Positions 51,090 to 64,000 of a stretch of 64,000 nucleotides of DNA are shown here, one piece after another; the stretch's first letter is position 1; each line of letters starts with the position of its first letter. Source of the DNA: Geosiphon pyriformis uo1 (lineage: Eukaryota > Fungi > Glomeromycota); assembly GCA_016748015.1 (NCBI GenBank), contig JAAOMT010000512.1:1991024-2055023 (forward strand), given 5' to 3'. Under the pieces are notes generated by a model. It was not told where the DNA came from, ran no database searches, and saw only the letters and a program-made list of their open reading frames with translations. Made by a program: the position numbers and the translations under genes.

Positions 51090-51450
51090 GTAACTTTTTG
51101 ATCAGGTACCTGATCATGATTTGATGATGATAGAACTCGGAGAAAGGGTGGCACAATCTGTATTTATCGGCAACAAGGAAGATGATTTCAAATCATCTTT
51201 TACTAACTTGACAATCGTTTTTAATTTTTTGTGAAACTGATAAATGGTGCGTCTTAATATCATACCCGTTAAATCGTTTCCAAATTTCGTCTATCCTCGG
51301 GTGCACAGAGTCTTTATCATATCTTATCTTGTGTTCAGTAAGACAAGGATGATCAATAAACACAATAAACCTTTGAATAAATTAAATCAAATCAGCGCCC
51401 TGTCGATAATCATTTTTATCGCGACAGGCTTTATCAATGACCATCGTCTT
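51090..51450 (+). promoter_or_regulatory. GATA-site and palindrome cluster upstream of the iron GATA factor
   Basis: GATAA/TTATC near 51164, 51239, 51315, 51325, 51405, 51416 and 51431; perfect palindrome TGATCAGGTACCTGATCA at 51099-51116. Confidence 0.45.
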
Positions 51451-51996
51451 TTTTCTCCGCACTGGCAACTGAAACCATTCCCAAACCACCAAATTTTGTC
51501 CTCAACGTTATAAATATCCGGAAAGATATAAAACCCCTTTAATTAATAGCGTCTTTTCGCTTTTTCGGTTACGTCCATCTTTTTTAAATAATTAACTTTC
51601 GGTTTGTGTCTCTTGTAAACGACGCACTTTTACAGCTTCGCTACCAGCTGTCCAATGTATCAGTTGCCTGCTTTAATATCAAAGTATACTAGACGGGCAA
51701 CCATCAAGCGCTCTCTTGCCTTGTATCATATCGAAAGCCCAACATTTCTTTAAGCAAAAACGACAATAAGAAGCCTTAGAATATCGTTCAACTTCATATT
51801 ACTATTAAGGTTTTCTATAACTAAAAAATTAAAGAAAACCCTCAAGTTTCCATAGCTTTCCAAACGCAACCACTGCTATTATCGAACCTTATTTTCACTA
51901 AAACTTCCTCTTACTACAAATTTATCAACTGCTCTCCTCTTTTAACCTAATTCATCGCAGTTAAATAATATCATAGCCATTGCTTGCTTTGTGAGT

Positions 51997-53067
51997 ATGA
52001 AAATGTCACAGCATCCTCAACCTGTCACTCAGTCTGCTTCCAGTATGAGTTTGTCTAACCCACAAGAGGCACAGCATCGTCAGCCTCAACATCTTCCGGA
52101 AGTGGGCATTGTTGTTCAGCAACATCACCTTTCACCTATTCAACACCAGCATCACTCTCAAAACCATCAACAGTTGCCAGAGATTCGAGAAGACCACTTG
52201 TTACCACAACCTTCAAGACATCAACGGAAAAGTCTTACAGGCTCATCTCAGACCCAAAACCGACCTTGTAAGACTGAAGTTCAAAATGTGTCCGCAACTG
52301 TTTGCGCTAACTGTGGAACCAATACAACCCCTCTATGGAGGAGAGCTGCGAATGGAGAGACTATTTGTAATGCTTGTGGTAAGTAAGTTTATACAAGGCA
52401 TATCTTCAAGAAAAGTCAGAACTTAAATATCAAAGTACAAAACCTATAGCCATCATAGAATATTGATTATACCCAGTCAAAGAATATGGCTTAATAACAC
52501 AAATTAAATCATGCTTGATATTTTCTAAATCTAGGGCTATATTACAAAGCTCGGAATACTGTTCGTCCACCCTGGTTGAAGCGTAATACTATTAAGAAAG
52601 ATGCTTCTCCAACTCCAGAAACTCAGGAGAGCGCAGATAATGGCACCTGCCCTGGGGATGGCCATTGTGACGGTACCGGTGGATCAAGTTCATGTGATGG
52701 TTGTCCAGCTTATAATCAACACCAAGTTAACCGTCAAGCTTTGATTTGTACCAACTGTGGTACCAACACAACACCTCTCTGGAGAAGAGATGAAGCTGGC
52801 AACACCATTTGCAATGCTTGTGGTATTTTAAATTTTAATAATCATTATTTTTAGTAATGTGGCAATATTCTCCCTAAAAAATCATTTTCAATTTACAACT
52901 AACACTTGATTTCATCCTCAACAATAAAATAGGTCTTTATTTCAAGCTACACAGTGTACATCGACCGGTCGCTATGAGAAGATCTGTAATTAAGCGACGT
53001 AAACGTGTTGCATTGACTTCTTCCTCTCCTCCTGCACCCCATCATCCTCGTGGAAATGCCGAAGGAG

Positions 53068-53103
<36 letters not shown>

Positions 53104-54236
53104 GTAATAATAACAATAATAATAATTATCATCATCATCACAGTCCCAATCATCACCACCATCATAATAATCATCATCATCATGAAAATCGAGTTCGACA
53201 TCCACTGACTCCGGCTTCTAGTTCTAGTTCAGAATATGGAGGGTTTACTTCGGAAGAAGATGAAGAATTTGTTCGCTCCACTGGGCAAAAAAGAAAGGCT
53301 TCTTTGAATAATTCTTCTAGCAAACGTCAATGTGGAAATGATAGACAAGTTCCTGCTATTGAAGATTATTTCACCTCTAAACAGCAAGTTAATCAACAAG
53401 GAGATGGGATTTGGAATGGTCTTAATAATGAAACTAATGATGCTCGTCATCGAGATCTTCCTTCAGTATTATCTCCACGCTCTGAAGTTCAAATTCATCG
53501 TGTCAATAATGGAGTTATCCATGATTGTGGACGTATTATGGGAACACCGAGTATTCCTTTACCCTCAGTTTATTCTGCTAATAATAGTTTTCAAGCTAGT
53601 CAATATAACGATGGGTTTAATTCTCCTAATCACGATGGTATCGAAAGATCTCCTCATTTAACTTCATCGGCAGCCCAGATATTGTCGTCCAGCCCAATTT
53701 CGGCTTTACTGAATCCTACATCTTCTAATATTGCTGCAACTCAATTGCCTCCAATTACGTCCATTCCATCTTCGGTTGATCTAAGTCCATCATCAAATAA
53801 CATCGCACTTTCAGTGGTGCCTAATCATATGCAATCTCATACTCCCCAATATCATCATGGGACTCAGTCTAACGTTACGGTTAACGACCCTAACCTCACT
53901 CAACAAATTTTGGAAGCTCATCGAAAAGAATTGCAACGTGAAGTTTCACATATGAGTATGTTGCTTAGTCGATCTACCGCTCTCTTGGCTGGATTGAATC
54001 AAGCATGTGCTGCTAATGGGGGATCAGATGCTTTGGGGTATATTCCTCAAACGAATCTCAATTGTATTCCTATGGATGTCAATACTTCCTCAATGTATGC
54101 ACTTCAAAACAATAATGGGAACATGTATTCTCAGCCACAACAGGGGCCGAACACTGCAACCATATCCTCTGCAACAGGTCATCATAATTACGTGACCCTC
54201 CCACCTCCTTGTGGTTCTTTGGTTCCTCGCGATTAA
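51997..54236 (+). CDS. sreA: Iron-responsive GATA repressor (SreA/Urbs1/Fep1 type), 3 exons
   Basis: Two C-x2-C-x17-C-x2-C fingers ([14 protein letters not shown]...CNACG) flank the Cys-rich [20 protein letters not shown] motif; C-terminal coiled coil [18 protein letters not shown]. Confidence 0.9.
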
Positions 54237-55903
54237 TTGAAATTTCCTTTTCCAAAATAAGAATAACACATACTCATTGAGATTTTTACTTTAATATTTT
54301 TTGAACATTAAATTTTCTTGCCTTCATCCATTTTATTATTATTATGATTATTATTATTATTATTATTATGAAGTATGAGATTATTATGAGTGACCACTTT
54401 AGTGTTATTTTTCATCTCGATGCATAATGGTGCAATATATTTGAGGACATTTTTTGATTTTTAAATGCAAGTAATCAGATCGCTTCTCTATGAATGATCG
54501 GCGATTTACATGCATTTAAACAATGTGTCAAAATTCAACTTGTTAACGAAAGTGGCCTAGCGTTAGCTGCAACCAAGCAAACAATCATATCTCAAATGAG
54601 CCAAATCAATTAATTTTATGATCTATCTAATCGCGATCAAAATAATACGATTATATCAGTTTGAGAATTTGTTTATTTGCATGACTAAGAGCATTTAGGA
54701 TACAAACAGATAAGATTTTTTTTGTGTGTACTTGTGTGGGGTTGTGGATTAGATTTTGGAAAGATTTTATCAGATTGAGATTATATTTCGTTTGATCAAA
54801 GATCCCATCTCTGACTTTATATGAAGAATTCTGGGCAGACTCCTGCATTGTATATTTCGTCAGGGATTCCTTGCATCGATTCACGCTGAACGAAATACTT
54901 TGTTCTCATGCACAAATTTTTTTTATCGATAAAATCGCGCGACCATTAAAACTTGTAAAAAAAATAAATATGCATGCCAATCCTACATCCAGTAAAAAAT
55001 TTAAGGTTTTTATTTTTTGTTTGTAAGAAGATAGGTTAGGGGCATTTCATGCATGAGACATGTGAGGAGTTTTGAATTAATCTACTAAATTAATGACTAT
55101 GAAACAAATCTTAACATAAAAGGTTAATCTCAACAAATAAAAGACTAGCCGTATTAGAATTTAAAAAAAAAAAACGTCAAAAAATAATAACAATTATTAT
55201 GATATAGGTAACATTAATTTTGTAAATGAAAATTTTCATTTTTGAATTATCAATTTGATGGAAAGTTAAAAACTCAAAGAAACAAATTAATGTAATTTTG
55301 TTATTTTATTTTATTTTATTTTATTTTATTGTTCAAAGAGTTATTCAAATTGGTAAACAAATTTAAAGAATATGAGAAGATATTAATTATATAATGAAAT
55401 ATAAATTTATTTTATTTCTTATTCATTATTCATTATTCATTATTCGTTATTCATTATTCATTATTATTTATTATTTATTATTCATTATTCATTATTCATT
55501 ATTTATTTTGTTTATTTTGTTTATTTCAATAAATTTGTTATTTTTATTTTTTGTTTAAATATTCAAAATATTGTTTTGCAAATACTTTTAAAATTATTTT
55601 ATTTTTTATAATAATTTTGAGAAGATATGGATCCCCAAGAGCAGAAACTTGAGCAAGCATGGAAAAACTGAACTTAATATCAGAAGATGATCTGAAAGAA
55701 ATGGGTAAGAAATGTAAGCGCGAAGGACATGACACGCGGAACGCTGAGAAAATACTGTGTGTGGTGGGGATACCTAAGCGCAATGGGAGTGCGGAAACCT
55801 TTACAAATGGCATCTGAAGTTAGTATCAGGCGAAAAGTTCGCTGCTGTAGTGTATAGTAGTCTTGATCGGTCCGGATGGCTACACCTTAAGCAGGGAAAA
55901 ATG

Positions 55904-56022
<119 letters not shown>

Positions 56023-57570
56023 TTTACATTATTAATTTTTTGAAAAAAAAAAATTTTTAGTTTATTTTTATTGAGGTTAAAACTTTAGAAACTGAAAATC
56101 TGACCATATTAGTATAAAAATATTTTAAAAGATTAAATTAGATTAATTATAAGCTCAAAAATTTCATTTTTCATCGGGTATAGGTTCGTTATTTCTGTGT
56201 AGCTAAAGTTGAACCGTGTGAAACCTTTTCAACGCCATTTTCTCAAACTTTAAAGCCTCTAACAGGATTTTAACCAATTTTTGAATTTCAAAATGGCTTT
56301 CAACTATACGCCTAAGACTAAAAAAAGCCTCAATCCTGAAATCATAATCATAATCATAACCATAATAATTGAAAAAAGGTTGTGTCTGCAGCGGAGATTC
56401 AAGTCAAAACGATTGTAGTCCAGATTTTCGAACTATCATGGAAAATCTTTTTTTTTTTTTTGTTCAAAAGAAAGTTTTGGGTCAAGATGGGTGATATAAA
56501 CTATCTATAGATATCTAATTAAGTTTATGATAGAATGATTTTTAGTTGGCTGTGTTGGAAACTATGATTCATCATATTTCTCAAAAAAAATGGTGATAAG
56601 TAGTAGTAGTAGAAGCAAAAATATCTTTTCGGTCCGAATTAAAGTTTTTAGAAAAAGTTAATGGGTAGTTATTTTGTTGATAAATTTAGGATAAAGAAAT
56701 TGATGGTGTTTAGATCGAAATAATATGAATTTTTTAAATATTTTCTAGAGTTTTAAGATTTTTTTGAAATGTCAAAAGTTCCTTATTAAAAAAAAATGAT
56801 CATCTCTTCGTTTAAAAATTTTTTGAACTATTTTTTTTTTTCTAAAAAGATTAGATTCAATTTTATTAAGGAAAAAGCTAATTTATTTTTTTGAAGTAAA
56901 ACCAAAAAGATAAAGTTATTTGAGGGATAATTTTTCTTTTAAAAAAAACAATTTGAAAAAGTGTGAATCTACTCTCGTGAAAGCATGCAACCCTGGAATT
57001 TTTATACAGAAATTATTTGAAATAAAGGAAAATTAATTAATATATTTATTAAATTAAAGTCAAAAATTAGTTAGATAAACTTTTAACTATTCCCTCCTTT
57101 TTTACCGTATTATATCATGAATTTGGTTCGTCCTGATGAGATATTTATTTCCACTGACGGTTAAAAAAGTCTTCACAATTTGACAAAATAAGGTTAATCA
57201 AAAAAAAAAAAAAAGACGGAATAACAGTCATCAGTTTCTCATGTGAAAATGTGTTGAGTCTCTAAAGGTAAAAGCTAGATGATTTTTTGGCGTGAGATTA
57301 TCAGTATTCTTTAAAATATTATATAAAAAATGAAAGCCAAAAGAAGCTTCTTTAATTTACAGGCGATTATAATATGCATTGGAAAAACCTCATTTTTGGT
57401 GGGATCGATCAAAAGTTATTGATAATAAAAATGATTTATCAAATTTCCTAAAGTAATCAAGCATTATCTATTTTCCAACTGTTAGCTATTAAATAAGTTG
57501 AAAAAAAAGCTTCTCACGAGCATTTGATTATTGTAATCAAATTGAAGAAATTCCAAAGTTCAATCATGGA

Positions 57571-57717
57571 ATGAGTGAGTGAGTAAGTAAGTAAGTAAGT
57601 AAGTAAGTGAATAAGTGGGTGAGTGGGTAAGTGAGTGAATGGATGAGTGAATAAGTGAGTGAGTAAGTAGATGAATGAGTGAGTAAGTGAATAAATGGGT
57701 AAGTGAGTGAGTGAATA
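57571..57717. repeat. Imperfect (GAGT/AAGT/GAAT)n tetranucleotide repeat
   Basis: Direct reading. Confidence 0.9.
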
Positions 57718-57939
57718 GAAGTATAAAAACAATATCATTTATCTTGAAAATATTTTATTTTTTAATTCCATATTGTATTTTTTTCAAAGAATTTATTATT
57801 ATTATTAATTAAAAAAATATTAATTTTCTAAATTTATAGGACCAAAAAATAATTATTAGAATTTGTGTTTAAAAAAGTAAATAAAATAAAAAATTATTAA
57901 ACAAACAATCTTTAAAACTTAGATTGTTATATTTATTTA

Positions 57940-60900
57940 TTTTTTTTTATTTGCTTTATAAGTGAGATTCAAACATTACCTAGTGTTATACATCAAAGAA
58001 ATGATCTAAACTAGGCATGAATTATGCATTTTTTACACGTGATTAGCCACTCGGGCTGATTAGAACAACACTATACAGCTATGTGAACTAAAATTGAGTC
58101 ACTCACACCTGAAAAAAATAAACAAAATTTGCGAAAGCCAAAACAAACACCAAAAGTATCAGTCATGCCAAGCAATTTGATTGCTTCAGCTGACAACTCT
58201 AAGACCAAACCAGAAACCAAGATGAGAATTGAGCCATCAAGTGGAATCAACTTATATTTTTCCATATAAGCATGATGTTTAGCATAAATTGACCAGATAT
58301 TATTTCTAAAAGCAAGGCTAAGAGAGTGCACAAATTTGACAATCTCTAAGCCAGCAACTTTAGAGTCGTGAAAGACAGCAATCATTTCATGAAACCAATC
58401 ATTAAAAACAAAACTCTTATAAAGAGCCATAGACAAAGATAAGTCAGAAGCACAAGATAACAACAACTACAATATGTCTAAAGAAGAATAAGTGAGACCA
58501 GAAACCACCTTCCAGGATTCCACATAAGATTCCAGCAATTGACATCAAATGAAATCATCAATTCTGCAAGAAAACACATGATCCAATGCCTTTACATTAC
58601 TGTAATATAAGCACAATACACTTGAATATAGTCTATTATAAAGGTGCTTTCAAATAACAACTGGCAGTTGGTGGTGCAAAGCTTTCATAAAATAAATATA
58701 TGCATTAGCCAAGGGTTTGCTGGTAAAACTGGCAGTCATGTGCAAATCAGAGTGCCATACCAAAGATGAATAGAGCCAATTAATCTCAGAAAGCAAACTG
58801 TCCACCAAAAACTTGGAACCAAAGCCAATCTCCCAGCATGTACAACAAACTGAGTGATAAATATCACAGACAAAATATCTGGAATTGCCAGAAACAATAT
58901 TACCATTAGCTGACATGAAGTGTTCATTCAAGCAAGAAGGAAGATATCAACTAAAGAGAGAAAATTTACCAGCTATTATGTCTGCATGCTTATTCCCTAA
59001 AACACCAAAGTGATCTTTAACTTTATGCCAACTGATCCTTAAATTCTTACTGTGAATAACATTGACAATATGACGACGTTTAATCCAACACTGATTATGA
59101 AAGTCAGGACATGTCAGACCCAATTCTGACCTACAGGCATCCAGAACAGATTTACTATCCGAGAACAATTTAACAGAGCTCAGCAAGAAAACACACTCCA
59201 GAGCTAGTGCAATAGCCTGCAACTCTGCCAAAGTTGACGACATCAAACCTGACACACCAATACCCAAACTCACATTAATGTCTTTAAAAAAGGCAACAGC
59301 ACCAGCTCTACATCCAACTATTTCTAAATTACTAAAGGACTCATCAGTATATACCAACAGACTGTTAGTACAAACTTGTAAGAGACAATTACAGACAGAA
59401 ACAAAATCATGAGATTCAAGAATGTTCAAAAAACCAACACCAGTCAAAACTGAGGAATGAGTAAAAAAGGAACCTCCAACATCAAAAAATACAACAAAAA
59501 GCTTGAACCACTTAGGAACAGGGCCATGGGGGTCTAATTTCTTCCAATGCTTGAAAGTGTGCCAATCAAAGACAGAACCATGATGATCACAAAGTTGATT
59601 CACAAAGACAATACCATACCACCAGAGAGAAAAAAAGAACTTGAGAAATTGAGATTCACCCAGAACATTTGACATAGAGACTCCACCATGAAACCAAAAA
59701 GAATTGGCCAAAAAGTTGTCCAGAGACAAATTGCAATCAAGAAAAACATGAACCATGTCTGCCAGAAAATTATCAGAAGCACTGACACAAATACAAACAG
59801 GTGAGCTTAATGGATGAATAAGACACCAGCACTGAACTTGCAAATCATGGGATCTGTGAGAGAATAAATGATCCAGGATACCATCAGAGTTTACAAAACT
59901 AACTAGAGAAACCACCTTGCATTCAAACTGGACTTGAAAGAAAGTTTTCAAATCATAAAAGGAAGGGTGATGAATTGTATCACTAAGAAAGTCAAGTGGC
60001 AAGCCAGATTTAAGCTTCAAGCTCTTTCAAATCATAGCATTCCACTTGTTGCACATACCAACAGGAACAAAACTGAATTGTGTCTTATAACTGACTATAG
60101 AATAGAGAATCACTGAAACTAAATACAGGAACTGCTTATCTGAGATAGCCTTTTTTAGAACCAGATTGGTAAAAAAACAAACATTCAAATTCACCTTAGC
60201 CAAACTAGACTTTGAGAGACCCTTAGTTGAAAAAAAAATACCCAAATACTGATGAAATTCACTTTTTTTTGCAATAGAGATCAGTAATCCACTAATGAAA
60301 AAGAGAGATCATTGGTCCTGCTGTTGATGGAAATTGCCATTGTTTTGTCATTATTAATAAAAATGTTATTGATTCGAAAGAATTTGCCAACAACATCAAG
60401 AATATGTTGAGTAGCTCTCTGACTATTACCAACCTAAATTGTATCATCAACAAAGGCACCAGCAGCAAAAAAAGAAGAAAGTCCAGCCTGAGACTCAGCA
60501 CAACCACTTTTAGAAATAAAATGAGAATTCAATCTATACCCACATATACTCTCCTGACACTTGACTTCACACAATAAAAGATCATAAAATATGCACCACA
60601 AAAGAAGAGAAAATACTTCTTCTTAGTTTAGACTATCATGCACACGATAGCCACCTGTTAAACCAAAATCTGTCATAACCCTGTTGGTGCAATCTCTATG
60701 AATACCACCAAAGAAACAAATAAACTTGCTGCATATTTTGATCCTAACCAAACTCTTCTCTAGATGTTCCCAGCCAACCAAATCATATGTCTTCTTCATG
60801 TTTTACAAAACCTGCTAAAGCTTCTGGTTCTTTTCCAAAACATTCTCAATAACTAAACCAATAGCAAAAATGGGAGACTAAGTTGACATACCCTTTAAAA

Positions 60901-63231
60901 CCAAAAAATTGTCCCCACGAAAAACATCAAAAGTGCTGCAAGCCAAAGAAATCCTATCAAATAGTATCTTGGAAAAAATTTTATGAGCTGTCTTGATTAA
61001 AGCAATAGAATAAGTATTCGTCAAAACACCTTTTCACTCATATGGTTTGGAAATCATTAAGACTCAAGCCTCCTTTCAAGAGCTGAACACAGATTTATTA
61101 GACAAACAAGAATTTAAAAGCACTAAAAACATATCCAGAACTGACTTATCACAGTGTTTCTAAAGCTCATTTGACACACCTAAGAGACCAGCAGCTTTGC
61201 CATCAGGTAGATCAAAAACCACATTAACCAACTCTTCAAATTTAATCAAACACATGACTTCAGAAAAAGTCTCATTAAAAACATACTCCAATAGTTGATA
61301 TTAGTGATGCCATTCACCAAAGATATCATCTACCACTCTGCACTTCCTAGACCAACTCTTTATGATCACATCCATCTTAGTCTTAACCAAATCAGGTTCC
61401 AAAATCAAATTGTTATCAACCACCAGATGATCAAGTGTCACTTTGCGAAAGAGATATTCTAGCACACTTCTGATTGTATGACCCTTATCAATCTCAAAGC
61501 TTCCTATTTTTCTATCAATAGCTGATCTAATGTTCACCTTCTTAGCTCTCAGAGATTCAGCAAGCTTGGTGACATGATAAAACTTTCTAGCACCAAAGAG
61601 AGCAGAACAAACACAATTAAATCTAGCATTAGAGTTTACAATATTCTGAACAATTAAAGCCTTAATATTGTCCAAAGAAATCCAAGATCTCATAAGAGAA
61701 TCAAAATTCACAATACTTTTTTTATGAGAGGCCCTGACAATCTTTGAAACCAAAAGCTCCAACCTGTGAAACCTCAAAGATTCTCTGGTAAAAACATCAT
61801 CAAAGTCTCTAAACCATTTCTTTTTAAACACTTCATTAGCTGACAGAATCATTATTTTGTGAATGGTATCTCATATTGCATCCAGATCTGAAAATCTTGC
61901 AGAAGTAAGAAACACATTTGAAAATATTGCAGCATTGGCTGATGTAGCACTTTTGAAATTGTTCCATTTATCCTCATCAGCACCTTTGAACTCAAACCTT
62001 CACCAATCTCTATTTGCTTGCCTGTAAAGAGAATTCAACTGCTTATCTAAAAATCCACCCAAACCCACAGACATAAAAACAGCCTGATAGTCAGTATCAA
62101 AAAATTTACCAACATCAGACACCTCGCGATCTACCACAGGATTGACCAAGTTCAAAAAAATAAACAAGAAATTGATAGTTTTAACCATGTCCCAAGAGTT
62201 AACCCATGTGGACTTTTTAAAACAAGAACTTCCACTCAAAGAATTGACCAAACTAAGATCTAGACATTTTTTGAAACTAGCACATTTTTGGGAGCCATCT
62301 TCATTGAAGTCACCACTCAAAACCACAAAAGAAAATTCATTGACCACCTTAGCTATCATAGAATTGATATCATTAGACTGAGAGAAACAAACAGCCAGAG
62401 ATGTTCCAGCATAAAGTCCTAAAATCGACACAGAAAGTTTATTTTTAAATAATAGCTTGATTGAAAGGAGCCAACCAGGCACCTTAGAAATCTTACTAAT
62501 ATGATGAACTAGAAAAGTGTTTATAATGATCACGACCCTAGTACCAAGAAAGCTCTTGTCCAATCCAGATGAAAAAACTCTGATACTATCAAACTTATTT
62601 CTAATCCAAGACCTGTTGCTAGATCTCAGCTTAGTTTCTGTAATTATTGAAACCAAATTTCCAGAATCTCTATGTCAACAGATAATGTCCTCCTGCTTGG
62701 CAGGGATATTGATACCACAAATATTACACATCATGAATTTTCACATGAAGTTACTCATTGGGAAGCAAGAAAAATTGACAAACTCAAGTCTGAGCACAAA
62801 CAATCCAACCTTTCCAAAACAGATTTAATTGACATCTCCAAAGCCACTATCTTGGACTTTAATCCACCCATCTTGGTGGTCAAAACTTTAGAACTACTTG
62901 AACTTAGATCAACAACCAAATCAGCAACAACTGAAAAAAGGGGAGGATAAAACACTGTTATATTATTAAGAACCATATCTGAATTCATATTAGCTATAAC
63001 AGACACAACAACAACCAGAAAAGATACATGGAGATTGAACATCAGAGGCACCAATTTCACAAAACTCAATTTATTTAAAATATCTGAAACCTGGTCTACT
63101 AAAAGCTCCAAAGAGTGTTCCAGAGAAGCCAATTGTTCAACCAAACAGGAATTACCAAAAGAGTTAGAAACCAATGGGACAGGTTTTGCACTTAAAGATA
63201 AGCCAACACCAGAAGAATTCGATGAAACCAC
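57940..63231 (-). mobile_element. LINE (ORF1 C-terminus, full ORF2 pseudogene, 3' UTR, poly-A), interrupted by an LTR at 63232
   Basis: APE ITETKL/SGDFN; RT AFVDD; RNase H YTDES, AELQA, GNKHAD; ATGA ORF1/ORF2 overlap at 62758-62755; poly-T at 57940. Confidence 0.93.
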
Positions 63232-64000
63232 TGTTACGGGATGGTTTTCTTGTTATATTTAATTGCTGATATCCCGCTTTAATTGCAATCAGTCTTTCGT
63301 GAGTTCCTCAATTCTATTTGTGTGATAAGGTCACTTGTTACACTGAAGGCTTTCTTTTTACTGTTGCGATGTAAGTTATTCTTTAATTCTTGATTGTTGT
63401 GTGTGTTTATGTACTCCTTCTCAGAGGCTGAACTGAAATCTACCCACTGTCTGGGGTCTTCTCTGAGGCTATCCTTGCAATTGCCTGATGTGTTTCTCTA
63501 ATCTAGAAACACAGAATGTTAATGGTCTTTAGCGCTTTTCTAATTCTCCCAATAAAGCTTTTATCAATTAGTAACAACGTGAATAATCTTGATCAAGGAT
63601 TATTCTTCCAAGGGATTCAGTTGATGAATGATAGTTTCGTTCAATAAATAATACAAGTAAGTTTCTTAATACTTTGGGTTGTGATAGTTCAGTTTTAAAT
63701 ATTCTTTTTCATTTCTTTTTGATTTTTAAAGGTTTCTTGGGATATTTAATTTGAAAGTATGATTTGATAAGTTATGATTTTTATTACTTGATTGATTCTT
63801 TCCCAATATTAAAACTACTGTATATATACATGTTTGTAGTTCTACGAGAAAATACTTTCTTTTTGATATTTCAACCTGGTGCTTGCTGCTATCACCAGTT
63901 GGTGTTGGCTGCTATTGTGAACTGGTGCTTGCCACTATCGCGAGATGGTGTTTGCTACTATGTTAATCATTACCTTTCTAAGATTATTACTGTGCTATAT
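63232..64000 (-). mobile_element. LTR (younger, related family) inserted into LINE ORF1; runs off the window
   Basis: Begins TGTTACGGG like the other LTR ends; shares atcaattagtaa, a taatcttgatcaaggatta hairpin and the actactg-TATATATA box. Confidence 0.8.

Noticed and set aside
58044-58062. GCCCGAGTGG in the LINE 3' tail resembles a tRNA A-box/D-arm
   Set aside because: No B-box or cloverleaf follows; it is better explained as a hairpin loop.

Overview
Eukaryotic, intron-rich, very AT-rich fungal DNA. The gene and repeat style suggests an early-diverging fungus, probably Glomeromycotina (Geosiphon-like); this is an inference. The window has three zones. (1) 405-26600 is a retrotransposon graveyard. 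It holds one near full-length LINE (ORF1 + APE/RT/RNase H ORF2), an ORF1-only element that shares the LINE 3' tail (HAL1-like), and a composite LINE hit by three Ty3/Gypsy-type LTR insertions. Parts of its extremely AT-rich deserts are recognisable as decayed LTRs. (2) 27300-54240 is a compact block of spliced host genes: NUG1/GNL3 GTPase, methionine synthase reductase, a hidden 5-exon Cys-rich gene, YSH1/CPSF3, a small membrane protein, SEC1, a TBC RabGAP, a rhomboid protease and an SreA/Urbs1-type iron GATA repressor. (3) 57940-64000 is another LINE interrupted by a younger LTR. The most notable observations are the ORF1-only retroelement with a shared structured 3' end, a repeat-confined C-to-T/G-to-A decay series, and Gypsy remnants carrying a dUTPase and an extra ORF. 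All gene models and alignments were made by eye; no database searches were run.
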